NCBI GenBank assembly: GCA_008690995.1
Contig: VRMN01000018.1
Location: 1-64,000, forward strand
Length of the DNA: 64,000 nt
Source of the DNA: Porphyridium purpureum
Lineage: Eukaryota
Direction of reading: 5' to 3'
Position numbers and translations under genes: made by a program. Positions 55,386-64,000 of the stretch are shown here, in pieces. A model generated the notes under the pieces. The model was not told the origin of the DNA, searched no databases, and saw only the letters and a program-made list of their open reading frames with translations. Numbering within the stretch: the stretch's first letter is position 1; the number at the start of each line of letters is the position of its first letter.

Positions 55386-56027
55386 TCAGTCTAATCGGTC
55401 CTTGCGATCACGCCGCAGGTGGCGCACATAAAGGAATCCAACAACCGCTACTATTTCAAACAACATCAGAAAGTACCACACGGCGTTACTGGACGAGCGT
55501 TCCGCAAAATCCGTCACGCGAGAAGACGTGGCCTTGATTTCATTTTTCGCAGATATCTGCGCCTGCTGAAGAGTGTCAGCAAACTGCTGCAGTTCGTCGA
55601 TCAAGTCGCTGAGTGACTTGATATCTGTCTGAAAACGCTGGGCGTTCGACGCCATGTGCTTTAGCGTCGTCTCCACGTTTCCCATCACTTCGTCTACAGA
55701 CGAGAGCGACTTTTGCTGTTCTTCTAGCGTCTTTGCGAGCTTGACGGCCATTGCATCTAAGCTGTCAAGGTGCGGCTTGATGTTTTTGTCGATGCTCGAC
55801 TTGAGCGCCGGCTCATCAAAGCCACCGCCCGTCGCGGCGGCAGCCGAAGCCGCGCCCGCCCCCAGCGTTTGAGCCAGCTTCTTGTTCAGGGCCTCTTCGC
55901 TGAAGCCTTCCTCCAGCATCGCGCGTTGAAACGCAGCGATCTTGTCGTCTATCGTTCCCGCGTGCACGGCTGCCGGCGCCACGAGCGCGACGAGCGCGAT
56001 CGCCAGCACCACCGCAGCCACACCCAT
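55386..56027 (-). CDS. Small type I membrane coiled-coil protein
   Basis: Signal peptide (MGVAAVVLAIAL...AVHA), heptad coiled coil, C-terminal TM, short basic tail. Confidence 0.7.
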   Translation of the reverse strand: MGVAAVVLAIALVALVAPAAVHAGTIDDKIAAFQRAMLEEGFSEEALNKKLAQTLGAGAASAAAATGGGFDEPALKSSIDKNIKPHLDSLDAMAVKLAKTLEEQQKSLSSVDEVMGNVETTLKHMASNAQRFQTDIKSLSDLIDELQQFADTLQQAQISAKNEIKATSSRVTDFAERSSSNAVWYFLMLFEIVAVVGFLYVRHLRRDRKDRLD

Positions 56028-56432
56028 GGCCCCGCGCGTCTGCCAGTGCGCGCGTCCCTCGAGCACACGCGCCACCATCCTGTCTGTTTTCGCGCCCTCC
56101 TCCTCGACACGCGTCCCCTTCGCGAACGCTGCTGTCTTGCGCACCCAACCCGCATCGCTCAGGCGCGCCCCCACGCAGCGCGTCCTCCTGGCAAAGTACA
56201 GCGAGAGCGCCTGAAGAATTGGTCAATCAACTTGAGTGGGGGAGGAGGTAAGGTTTCGGCTCCTGTCTGCTGGGCGAGCTGGCAGGGGTGTGCACATTCG
56301 CGCTGGGCTTGCGGGCTGCAGCCCATCCGCGCCGAGGCAGCACTCGAGCTGACGCGTGGCAAGCACATAGCTCCTGAAACCGAGCCTCTCCTCATTTGGC
56401 GTTGGTACGTGCTTCTTTGCTTCATTTTCTTT

Positions 56433-59400
56433 CTATTTCTGTGCGGCACTGCCCCATTGCAAAAAGCGCGAGCTCATATGCGTGGCGACGCCTGACAGCG
56501 CGCCCCAACCGAGGTCAGGCTGGTGAGATGCCGAGACATGACTGGCAGATTCCTGCGCGTCCAGCAGCGAGTGCGGCAAGGACGCAGCGTGCGGTCCAGA
56601 CACACGCCCTCCGCCAGCCATCTGGGCGGCCAGCGAGGCGGCGGAAAATGATGCTGCGGCCGATGCACGCGATGTCAGGTCCGATACCGCCGCATGTCCG
56701 CCATCAGATACCAAGTCGTGCGTGAACGTGGCGCCGCGCAGTGCGCGGAATTCGCCACCTTGCAGGGTCGGCGTCGGCGCAGGCAAGAAGCTCAAACGTG
56801 CTGGGGTTCCTGTATTAGCAGCGGGCGCACCCGCAGTCGTCCGACTTGCCAACGGATTGCTGAAGAGCAGGTTTGGGCCTGCGTCAGACGCTGCCCACAT
56901 CGAGCCGACCAGCGATTGCTGCTTCTGCTGGTGTTGCTTTCTCCTGGTGCTGTCGTTAGAGACCACGTGTGACGATCGCGTCAGCGAACCTAACAAAACC
57001 TGATACTTGGCAGCTTCTCTGCTTGCTGCCGAGTACACCAAGGCGTGTACTGATTCCCATTCGATTGGATCTAGATGCTCTACGATGGCTTGCTCTGAAG
57101 CATTAATTCTCTCAATGGCGTCCAGCAGCGCGGTTGGCATCCTTTTTGGGAGCACGTACCCGTCGCCCTGCGACGAGCTTTTCTCCACTTCTAACAGGAT
57201 GCATAACAAGAATCCAACGTCAAAAATGAGCTGCACGGCGGCGTTGTATGTGGCGCTGCGCTCGTTTCGTGTCAACGATTCCGATCGTAGGTCGGCTAAG
57301 ATACGATTTTCAGCCACATGTTCTAGAGCGCGCGCTAACTCGACCACAAGCTGAACCACGAGGCTGTCAATGGCGTACAGAGGAAGTGCAAAGCCGCCCG
57401 CATATGCGACGGCGTTCCCTGCATCAAGCAGAAACTGCAACGCAAAACACGAGCACGACTGCGGGTGCATGACGCCTGCTTGCTGCACCTTCTCTGGCGA
57501 CGTGAAAGACAAGGCCCATCCAATCCGGCCATTCAACAAGGATGACTGGGCGAGACTTGCACGCAGCCGTAGACCCGAAAGTGTTGCTGCCCACTCAGAC
57601 CATGTACCAAAGCCCAGTTCACTGAGCTCGCCGGCGGTTTCGAAGAAGGACTCGAGCGCCAGCTCGGCTGCGGATTCCAACTTTTCCATGCTGCCCTCAA
57701 ACCCAACGGTTGCTTCATACAATATCGCATCTTGCTCGAGCCCAAAGTTGAATGCCTCGCTGATGACGGAAGAGTCCTCAAGTGCCAGTACGACACGCAC
57801 AATAAACAGGAGTCGCTCGAGCCACAAATCGTCCTGCAGATTTCGCGCAGAAATTGCGCGTGTGCTGGTGAGAACGCGCTGCTGCTCCGGGGACAATGAA
57901 TCGCGAGCCTCCTCGATCAAGCCACGAATCTCAGCCAAAATTACTGGCATGACATTCGCGACATGTTTGCGGAACTCTTTGCGGAAAAGTCCTGGGAATC
58001 GGTGCAACTTGCTCAAATCAATCATGGCTCGGCCTAAAAGATGCTCCGTCTCACCGCAGAGTATGGCCGGTAACCCAATCTTGCCAAGCTCAGCTTCCAC
58101 GTCAGTCGCAAGGAGCACGCTTGATGAATACGGCTGCTGCTCGGAGCCCGTCGCTTGCACGTCAAAAGGAATGCTGAGAAACTGACGCGACCACAGTGCA
58201 TCGGCCAGGTTTCCATCGCCTCCGCGCTCAAATTCAACGGTCTCTCCAGAATTACCTGGCGAGAGGTCCGGCATGGCTCCTATTTTTTCCCATATCTCTT
58301 TTGCCCGTTCGCGAAAGTGATCTGAAACATGCACCACGTACTCGTGCGCCAGCTCGTGAGCCCGCAAGAGGACCGGCCTGAGGAAAAGAGCTTGGAACAT
58401 TTCCAGTACACCGGTGCACGAGCCATAGACGGCGTCACACACGGAAATTATTCGAGCCGGTGCGCGCTCCTGCTGCCATTGTCCGATTTCGTTCACATCC
58501 AGATCCAAAGCGCGCGAAGCTTCCTTCAAGAATTCGGCCAGGGCCCCACATGTGCTAATGAGGGAGAGAAATCTGCTCAGAAACTTGGAGAGCAACGAGA
58601 CGCACCAGTCCAGCCAAGTATGAAGCATTCCGTATACGCGACCACTGTCCACCTTGCCGGCCTTTTCCAGCGCTTCAGCGTACTTGTCGTCCACATTGCG
58701 CAGCAAAGTCACTAGGACACACTTGCCGATGTCGCCGGCATATACGCGCGCCTGTGCAAGAGCCTCTCCAAACATGGGCGATGACCCGCGTCCGATTGTT
58801 TCAGAACCAACGGCTCCGGCCATTTCTAGCAGGCCCTGACTTTGACTAACTGAGGCGTCGTCCGTGAGTACATCGTCCTCAGGCGAAGGCAGCGATTGGC
58901 TTTGCGCCTCTTCGTGAGGAAAGAACACGTGCGCTGCGTCTAGCAGCGTTCGCTTAATTTCTTGCGCAACCTGCAAAAAGAATGCTTTTCCCAGTTCGAG
59001 CTTTTGGTCATCCACAGCGGGCTCGAGGCTGCTCGACTTTGCACCGGTTCTTGTACCCTGTGCCGCTGCTTGCATTTTCTCGTGCGCATCCCGCTGCGTC
59101 TTGATGGCATCCATTCGAGCACTGTATGATTCGCACGTGGAGTGCAGCACCTGACAGCTGGACAGCAGCATAATAGAGAGCGGATCAAGCGCAGCGTCTG
59201 TATCTGACTCGTGCTGCTCGAGACTTGGCCCCCAGCCGCGGCACTGAGATAGGTCAACAAGGGCAACGGGTTGGCCACTGTGAAAGTAATTATGCACAAG
59301 CCCAGCGCTGGCCTTGTCCGCCAACATATAAATACTTGCGAGCGCTCCTGCGACGTCGTTGGAACCCAGAGCGTCACCCTTGAGTGCCTGTAGAGCACTA

Positions 59401-60023
59401 AGTATAATGGGCTCGCGAAAGCCTTCGATCGCCTGCCACTGAGACTTCATGAGCGGTAATGCCGCGTTTGCTGTGGGTTCGGCGCTCAACGTAGCCACTG
59501 CGGAACCGCACTGATGTATCTTGACTGCGGCAGCGTACAGCTTTCCGGTGTCAAGACACGTGTAGAGGTACTCGGGTGTATCTACCAGAAACTTCAGCTT
59601 GGATCCAATCACGTGCACTGCGCGACGCTGCTGCAGACTCTCCTCCTCGGCCCTGCGCTGCGCTGAATGCGTGTCCGCAGACGCCGCCTTGACAGCGAGC
59701 GACTTGTTCAGTTCGTCGGTCGCAGCGCGCAGATGCGCGACCACGTCCTGCACGCCGGCGGCGGTTTCATGCAACCTGCACACCTCGTCTGCCGCGCGCA
59801 TCAGCACACGGTACCGCGTGCTGAGCATCTCCTGCAGTGCGTCACCCTTATCGTCAGCACTCGCACGCACACTTGCCTCGATCTGCCGGATCTCCGACAC
59901 ACGATGAATACGGAAAATCTGCGCCACTTCGGCCTGCACGCCCATTCCATACGCCGTCGTCACGCCCGCTGCTCCCGCCCGCCGCGGGCCCCCTCCCTTT
60001 GACTTCGCCGCCTTTGATGCCAT
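56433..60023 (-). CDS. COG1: Conserved oligomeric Golgi complex subunit 1
   Basis: Vps51-type N-terminus (IF...VSEIRQIE...K...LQEMLSTRYRVLMRAADEV), LVDTPEYLY, C-terminal QLIFDV.FL and LDPIEW. Confidence 0.85.
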   Translation of the reverse strand: MASKAAKSKGGGPRRAGAAGVTTAYGMGVQAEVAQIFRIHRVSEIRQIEASVRASADDKGDALQEMLSTRYRVLMRAADEVCRLHETAAGVQDVVAHLRAATDELNKSLAVKAASADTHSAQRRAEEESLQQRRAVHVIGSKLKFLVDTPEYLYTCLDTGKLYAAAVKIHQCGSAVATLSAEPTANAALPLMKSQWQAIEGFREPIILSALQALKGDALGSNDVAGALASIYMLADKASAGLVHNYFHSGQPVALVDLSQCRGWGPSLEQHESDTDAALDPLSIMLLSSCQVLHSTCESYSARMDAIKTQRDAHEKMQAAAQGTRTGAKSSSLEPAVDDQKLELGKAFFLQVAQEIKRTLLDAAHVFFPHEEAQSQSLPSPEDDVLTDDASVSQSQGLLEMAGAVGSETIGRGSSPMFGEALAQARVYAGDIGKCVLVTLLRNVDDKYAEALEKAGKVDSGRVYGMLHTWLDWCVSLLSKFLSRFLSLISTCGALAEFLKEASRALDLDVNEIGQWQQERAPARIISVCDAVYGSCTGVLEMFQALFLRPVLLRAHELAHEYVVHVSDHFRERAKEIWEKIGAMPDLSPGNSGETVEFERGGDGNLADALWSRQFLSIPFDVQATGSEQQPYSSSVLLATDVEAELGKIGLPAILCGETEHLLGRAMIDLSKLHRFPGLFRKEFRKHVANVMPVILAEIRGLIEEARDSLSPEQQRVLTSTRAISARNLQDDLWLERLLFIVRVVLALEDSSVISEAFNFGLEQDAILYEATVGFEGSMEKLESAAELALESFFETAGELSELGFGTWSEWAATLSGLRLRASLAQSSLLNGRIGWALSFTSPEKVQQAGVMHPQSCSCFALQFLLDAGNAVAYAGGFALPLYAIDSLVVQLVVELARALEHVAENRILADLRSESLTRNERSATYNAAVQLIFDVGFLLCILLEVEKSSSQGDGYVLPKRMPTALLDAIERINASEQAIVEHLDPIEWESVHALVYSAASREAAKYQVLLGSLTRSSHVVSNDSTRRKQHQQKQQSLVGSMWAASDAGPNLLFSNPLASRTTAGAPAANTGTPARLSFLPAPTPTLQGGEFRALRGATFTHDLVSDGGHAAVSDLTSRASAAASFSAASLAAQMAGGGRVSGPHAASLPHSLLDAQESASHVSASHQPDLGWGALSGVATHMSSRFLQWGSAAQK

Positions 60024-60478
60024 GGTCGAACCACCCCGATGTCGCGCTCGACCAGCCTTGCTCCCAAAGCCCTGGTCCCTGGTTGCGAGGCACAGCAATC
60101 CTCGTTGGCCAAAGGAGAACAGCGTGAACTGCGGTGACGAGGTTGTTCAGGATGGCAAGTGCACGGGAGCGGCCGGTTCGGGCTGTATCTCCGCGCAACT
60201 CCCATTCACTGCTGCAGGAGACCCCAATGCGAGTGCAACCCAGCGACGCTTCTCCTGGAGCAACCTTTGTGGTGCCTCGCGTTCCTGCGCAGCGAGTGCT
60301 GTCCGAATTGGGTGCGTGACTTTCCCAACTGTCGCACGCGCAAGCGTTCTGCGGAAATCGCAAGCGAGAGCTCCGCGCGGGCGTGCTAGACAGGAATGAA
60401 ATGCTAACTTTTATGTATGCTTGTGCGCGTGCGTTCGTCGAGTGCTTTGTGGTGCGCGCTGCGATAGGTGCCATCAAA

Positions 60479-60949
60479 ATGTCCGTCAAAAACCTTGTAC
60501 GCCGGCTCGACCACCTTGAAAGCTTGGTGCAGAACGCCATGGGCTCAGAGGCGAATGCAAGATTCGGACCGAGTGCTTCTAAACCCGTGTGTATCACCAG
60601 CATATCCCCGCGCGCTTCCACACAGGAGCGTCCTGGCGCGGCTCTGGTGTGGTCGCGCAGCTCATCAGACCTTGAATGCTCGCCTTCAGGCGATTTTTCG
60701 TGCGCGGTCATTGCAGGACACAACTCTTGCATTGTATGCTTGCGCGAGGTGCTTGATCCAACCAGAATGAAGCTGCCATGTTGTGGCACGTTCGTGCATC
60801 AAGACTGTTTTGCTCTCTGCCGAGATGATGCGAGCTTTCGAGGCGTCTCTTTTCTGTGCCCAAGCGGCTCATGCAACTGTGCCATGGGTGACTTTGCCAA
60901 GCTTTTCAATGCCTCACTCGCAGTGGACCTTCATGACGCACGGTTATGA
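60479..60949 (+). CDS. Small RING-like zinc-finger protein (may be a terminal exon)
   Basis: CIVC...LPCCG..VHQDC...CP..SC pattern; CTAAC (about 60404) and AG (about 60467) upstream hint at an intron. Confidence 0.55.
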   Translation: MSVKNLVRRLDHLESLVQNAMGSEANARFGPSASKPVCITSISPRASTQERPGAALVWSRSSSDLECSPSGDFSCAVIAGHNSCIVCLREVLDPTRMKLPCCGTFVHQDCFALCRDDASFRGVSFLCPSGSCNCAMGDFAKLFNASLAVDLHDARL

Positions 60950-61543
60950 GATTGTGTTTGTATTTCCTCCCACATTGGTCGATATTCTTCGCCTCGTTTG
61001 TGGTGGTTTTGTCTTCTCATTTACCTCTCCGAGCTTTCGAAATGTCCCGAACCATTTCCTCTTCGAAGGCTCACTCACCGATTCTCTCCGCTGCACAGTT
61101 TGTGGACATGCATCCGCTGCTTGAGCAGCTACGCAACGGCGTCCCGAGGATGAGACGTTTGTCAGAATGAATGAAGCCTTCTCACTTTGTCTTGTGACCG
61201 ACCATGTCTAGCCGCCAGCGCTGAACACGGCGCACGGACGCCAGGGCGAGCCAGCGTTCGAATGTTTCCGAGGTCGACGCGCCGTCATCCCATGTTTGCC
61301 ATTTGCCGCAGAGTTGCACGACTCGCCCGGTGGCTATGATACACAGGTCATGCCACGCCAGCGCGCCCAGGTCGAGACCGACGACAAGGGCGCGAGCGCA
61401 ACATCAGCGCCGCGCTTGTGATCTCTCCCCCGGCACACAAGCCGGCGTCCACACTGTACCGTGAGCTCGAGGTATCAATCTCAAGCGCGATCGTGAAGGA
61501 GCGGGGGTAGATGTCGGCGGCAGAAGTTTGATCGAGTATAGCA

Positions 61544-62368
61544 ATGGCGTTCGTGGCATCATCGGGATGGGCTGGTGGACAGTCGCGCACGACGGTGCGA
61601 CTGTGCGCTCCGCGCCAGGCGGTGCGAAACGTGGGCGCGCGCGTGATCCCCGCGCGCGGTCCAGTGATGCAGCTCACGCAAAAGGACGACAAGAAGGAAG
61701 TCGAAGAGTACTTCAACAATACCGGCTTTGAGCGCTGGAACAAAATTTACTCGGAGGACGCCGAGGTGAACAACGTGCAGAAGGACATTCGGACCGGGCA
61801 CAACCAGACCATCCAGCGCATTCTGGCGTGGATAGACGCCGACGGTGACGCCCAGTACAAGACGTTCTGCGACGCCGGCTGCGGCGTCGGCTCACTGGCC
61901 ATCCCGCTCACGCAGCGCGGCGCCATCGTGTCAGCTTCAGACATTTCCGCTGCGATGGTCAAGGAGGCACGCGAGCGCGCCGACGTGCAGCTCGGCGACA
62001 AGGCGATGAACGTGTCTTTTGCAGTGTCAGATCTTGAAAATCTCAGCGGCAGCTACGACACGGTATTCTGCATTGACGTGATGATCCACTACCCGGATGA
62101 GAAGCTCAAAGAAATGATTTCGCATCTGAGCAATTGCGCAGAGCGAAGAATGATCATCACGTTTGCGCCCTATACCATTCTGTTGGGCATGCTCAAGTCG
62201 TTTGGCAGCTTGTTCCCGGGGCCGAGTAAGGCCACACGAGCGTATTTGCACAGTGAATCGTACGTGGAAGGCATTCTCAAGGAGCTTGGCTGGCAAGTGA
62301 AGCGCAGGGACTTTGTGAAGTCCAAGTTCTACTTTAGTACAATTCTTGAGGCTGTGAAGCAAGCGTAG
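61544..62368 (+). CDS. chlM: Mg-protoporphyrin IX methyltransferase, plastid-targeted
   Basis: YFNNTGFERWNKIY, VQKDIRTGH, CDAGCGVGSL, IDVMIHYP, FPGPSKATRAYLH; MAFV transit peptide. Confidence 0.97.
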   Translation: MAFVASSGWAGGQSRTTVRLCAPRQAVRNVGARVIPARGPVMQLTQKDDKKEVEEYFNNTGFERWNKIYSEDAEVNNVQKDIRTGHNQTIQRILAWIDADGDAQYKTFCDAGCGVGSLAIPLTQRGAIVSASDISAAMVKEARERADVQLGDKAMNVSFAVSDLENLSGSYDTVFCIDVMIHYPDEKLKEMISHLSNCAERRMIITFAPYTILLGMLKSFGSLFPGPSKATRAYLHSESYVEGILKELGWQVKRRDFVKSKFYFSTILEAVKQA

Positions 62369-62497
62369 AGATCCTGCCATCCCAAATAAAGAGTGCATGC
62401 GAGAGAGAAGAATAGAAGAAGGATGGGGACGGAACGAAACTGATGCAGCGCGAGAGGACTGTTCCTTGTTTTCTGCGCGCTCGGTACGCTGTGAATC

Positions 62498-63781
62498 TCA
62501 CCGCGTGTCACGCTCTCCGCCATGGCCGCCGGTCACATCCACTGCAAAGTCGAGCGGATTCGCCGGTTGTCCTCTCTGCACATTTGCGCGCCGCGATGGT
62601 GCCGTGGTCCCTAAGCGCGGCGCAAAAAGCCCGACACGTGAGTGCACGCGGCTGATGGCCGTGTCGGCCCCATACCCGGACTCAAAGTAAGGTTGGACAC
62701 CTTCTCCCGCGACTCCTGACTCATCATCATCATCCAAGTCCACAGCATCATGGTCCACCGTACTGGAGGCTTGGACTTGGTTCTGCTGCGGATGGCGTGG
62801 TCGCTGCTGTTGTTGAAACCAACGTGTGCCGAGATGAAGTCTGGGCGCCGAGAGATCCGCAGAAGAGGGAATATCGTGCGGAAAGGATCCGTCCGATAGC
62901 CCGTCTTTTGCCATACGTTCCTGAAAGCGCGTGGCAAAAAAGCCAACAAGCGCGTTCCCCGACCATACACACGAGCCCAGAGTCCCGGCAACAAAGAATG
63001 AGCTCGACATGTCGGACTCGATGTGGCTGATGAGAATCGACACCAACAGCAGCAAGCCGCCCACAAAGTGGGACAGCAAAAGAGCCTTTTTAGACATGTG
63101 CGTGGCGGAATAAAGCATGCAGTACGAGAGCACGGCCGATCCTAGGAATAGCGCTCCGAGGCATCGAATCAAATGGATATTCACACCGTTCGGGCGCTCG
63201 GTGCTCATGTACAGCACGTAGACCCACTGCGGGAATGCATAAGCTGCAAGGCCAAACCCGAGCGTTCCAAGGAAGTCAAGGTGCAAAAAGATATCATAGT
63301 CAGCGAGCGACACCCCGCCAGCCGTTGTGAAGGAGAAGAAAAAGTAGAGCAGCGGCAACGTCCAGAGCAGCACACCCAGCAGAACAAACTGCACGTGCCG
63401 CAGCGTCCACTCGCTGTAGTGCACTTGTGCGTACAAGAGTGCAAGCAGCAGCGACGCGTTGCTGAACAGGCGCGAGCGCACCGATGCCTCGCGATCAGTG
63501 AGGTCGATGGACAGGTGTGCGGAGAAAAACGCAAAGGCGGCGTGCGCCGCCTGCACGGCCCCGAGCGCGCGATTCAGCTGCTTGCTGTACGGATCAACAT
63601 TCTGCACGTTCGTGAATACCCACAGCGGCACGCTGGGCATCAAGAAGAGTGTGGCAGCCGACAGCGCGCACACCGCGGCGTCGGCGTACACAAACGACTG
63701 CTCGCCGCGCGCTATCGAAGCCAGGAAGCCCGCCACCGCAACCAAGCTCAGCGGGTTCAGCCATGATGACGCCAGCGCCAT
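62498..63781 (-). CDS. Multi-pass membrane protein with an internally duplicated 4-TM module
   Basis: Two similar modules (D.AVCALSAATLFLMP...LNRALGA and DFLGTLGFGLAAYAFP...LIRCLGA), acidic disordered tail. Confidence 0.7.
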   Translation of the reverse strand: MALASSWLNPLSLVAVAGFLASIARGEQSFVYADAAVCALSAATLFLMPSVPLWVFTNVQNVDPYSKQLNRALGAVQAAHAAFAFFSAHLSIDLTDREASVRSRLFSNASLLLALLYAQVHYSEWTLRHVQFVLLGVLLWTLPLLYFFFSFTTAGGVSLADYDIFLHLDFLGTLGFGLAAYAFPQWVYVLYMSTERPNGVNIHLIRCLGALFLGSAVLSYCMLYSATHMSKKALLLSHFVGGLLLLVSILISHIESDMSSSFFVAGTLGSCVWSGNALVGFFATRFQERMAKDGLSDGSFPHDIPSSADLSAPRLHLGTRWFQQQQRPRHPQQNQVQASSTVDHDAVDLDDDDESGVAGEGVQPYFESGYGADTAISRVHSRVGLFAPRLGTTAPSRRANVQRGQPANPLDFAVDVTGGHGGERDTR

Positions 63782-64000
63782 CCGTTCTTCGCTCGCATCC
63801 ACCGCGCCACCGCCGGCGCATCCCGCAGTCCCGCCACCGCTTCCGCGTGCCCGCGTGCCCGCCTGCCGCTACACCGCGCACACACGCGCCGCTCACGCCA
63901 GCAGCGTCATCCCGGACGCCGCTTTGTTCATCCGGGATTGAAAGATGTCATGCCGGAGCTTCCGCGATGCCATTGTCATGCGCGCGTGACGAGCGCGGAG

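Overview
Eukaryotic nuclear DNA, intron-poor, gene-dense and GC-rich. The nucleus-encoded plastid chlM with an MAFV-type transit peptide and an ectopic-intron tRNA suggest a unicellular red alga (Porphyridium-like); this is inference only. Positions 1-17.5 kb are a transposon island: a gag relic, a dead Tc3/Tc1-mariner element, an unidentified degenerate repeat, and two apparently intact, very young Ty3/Gypsy LTR retrotransposons (A, + strand, 4307-11594, with chromodomain; B, - strand, 12027-17465). Positions 18-64 kb hold about 19 housekeeping or metabolic genes, one solitary 18S-5.8S-28S rDNA unit (- strand) and one tRNA. Most notable observations: (1) an elongator tRNA-Met(CAT) interrupted by a 16-nt archaeal-style bulge-helix-bulge intron in the T-loop (59/60); (2) element A has no tRNA primer-binding site and instead carries a perfect 18-bp palindrome at the U5 boundary, a candidate fold-back or dimer self-priming signal; (3) perfect heat-shock elements upstream of an identical TATA box in both unrelated LTRs; (4) a CGCTGTACCCCGC motif arrayed both in LTR A and in a host divergent promoter; (5) four E2F-consensus sites at 14-bp period in ITS1; (6) an opine (tauropine/octopine-type) dehydrogenase. 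All protein calls are by motif recognition, not database search.
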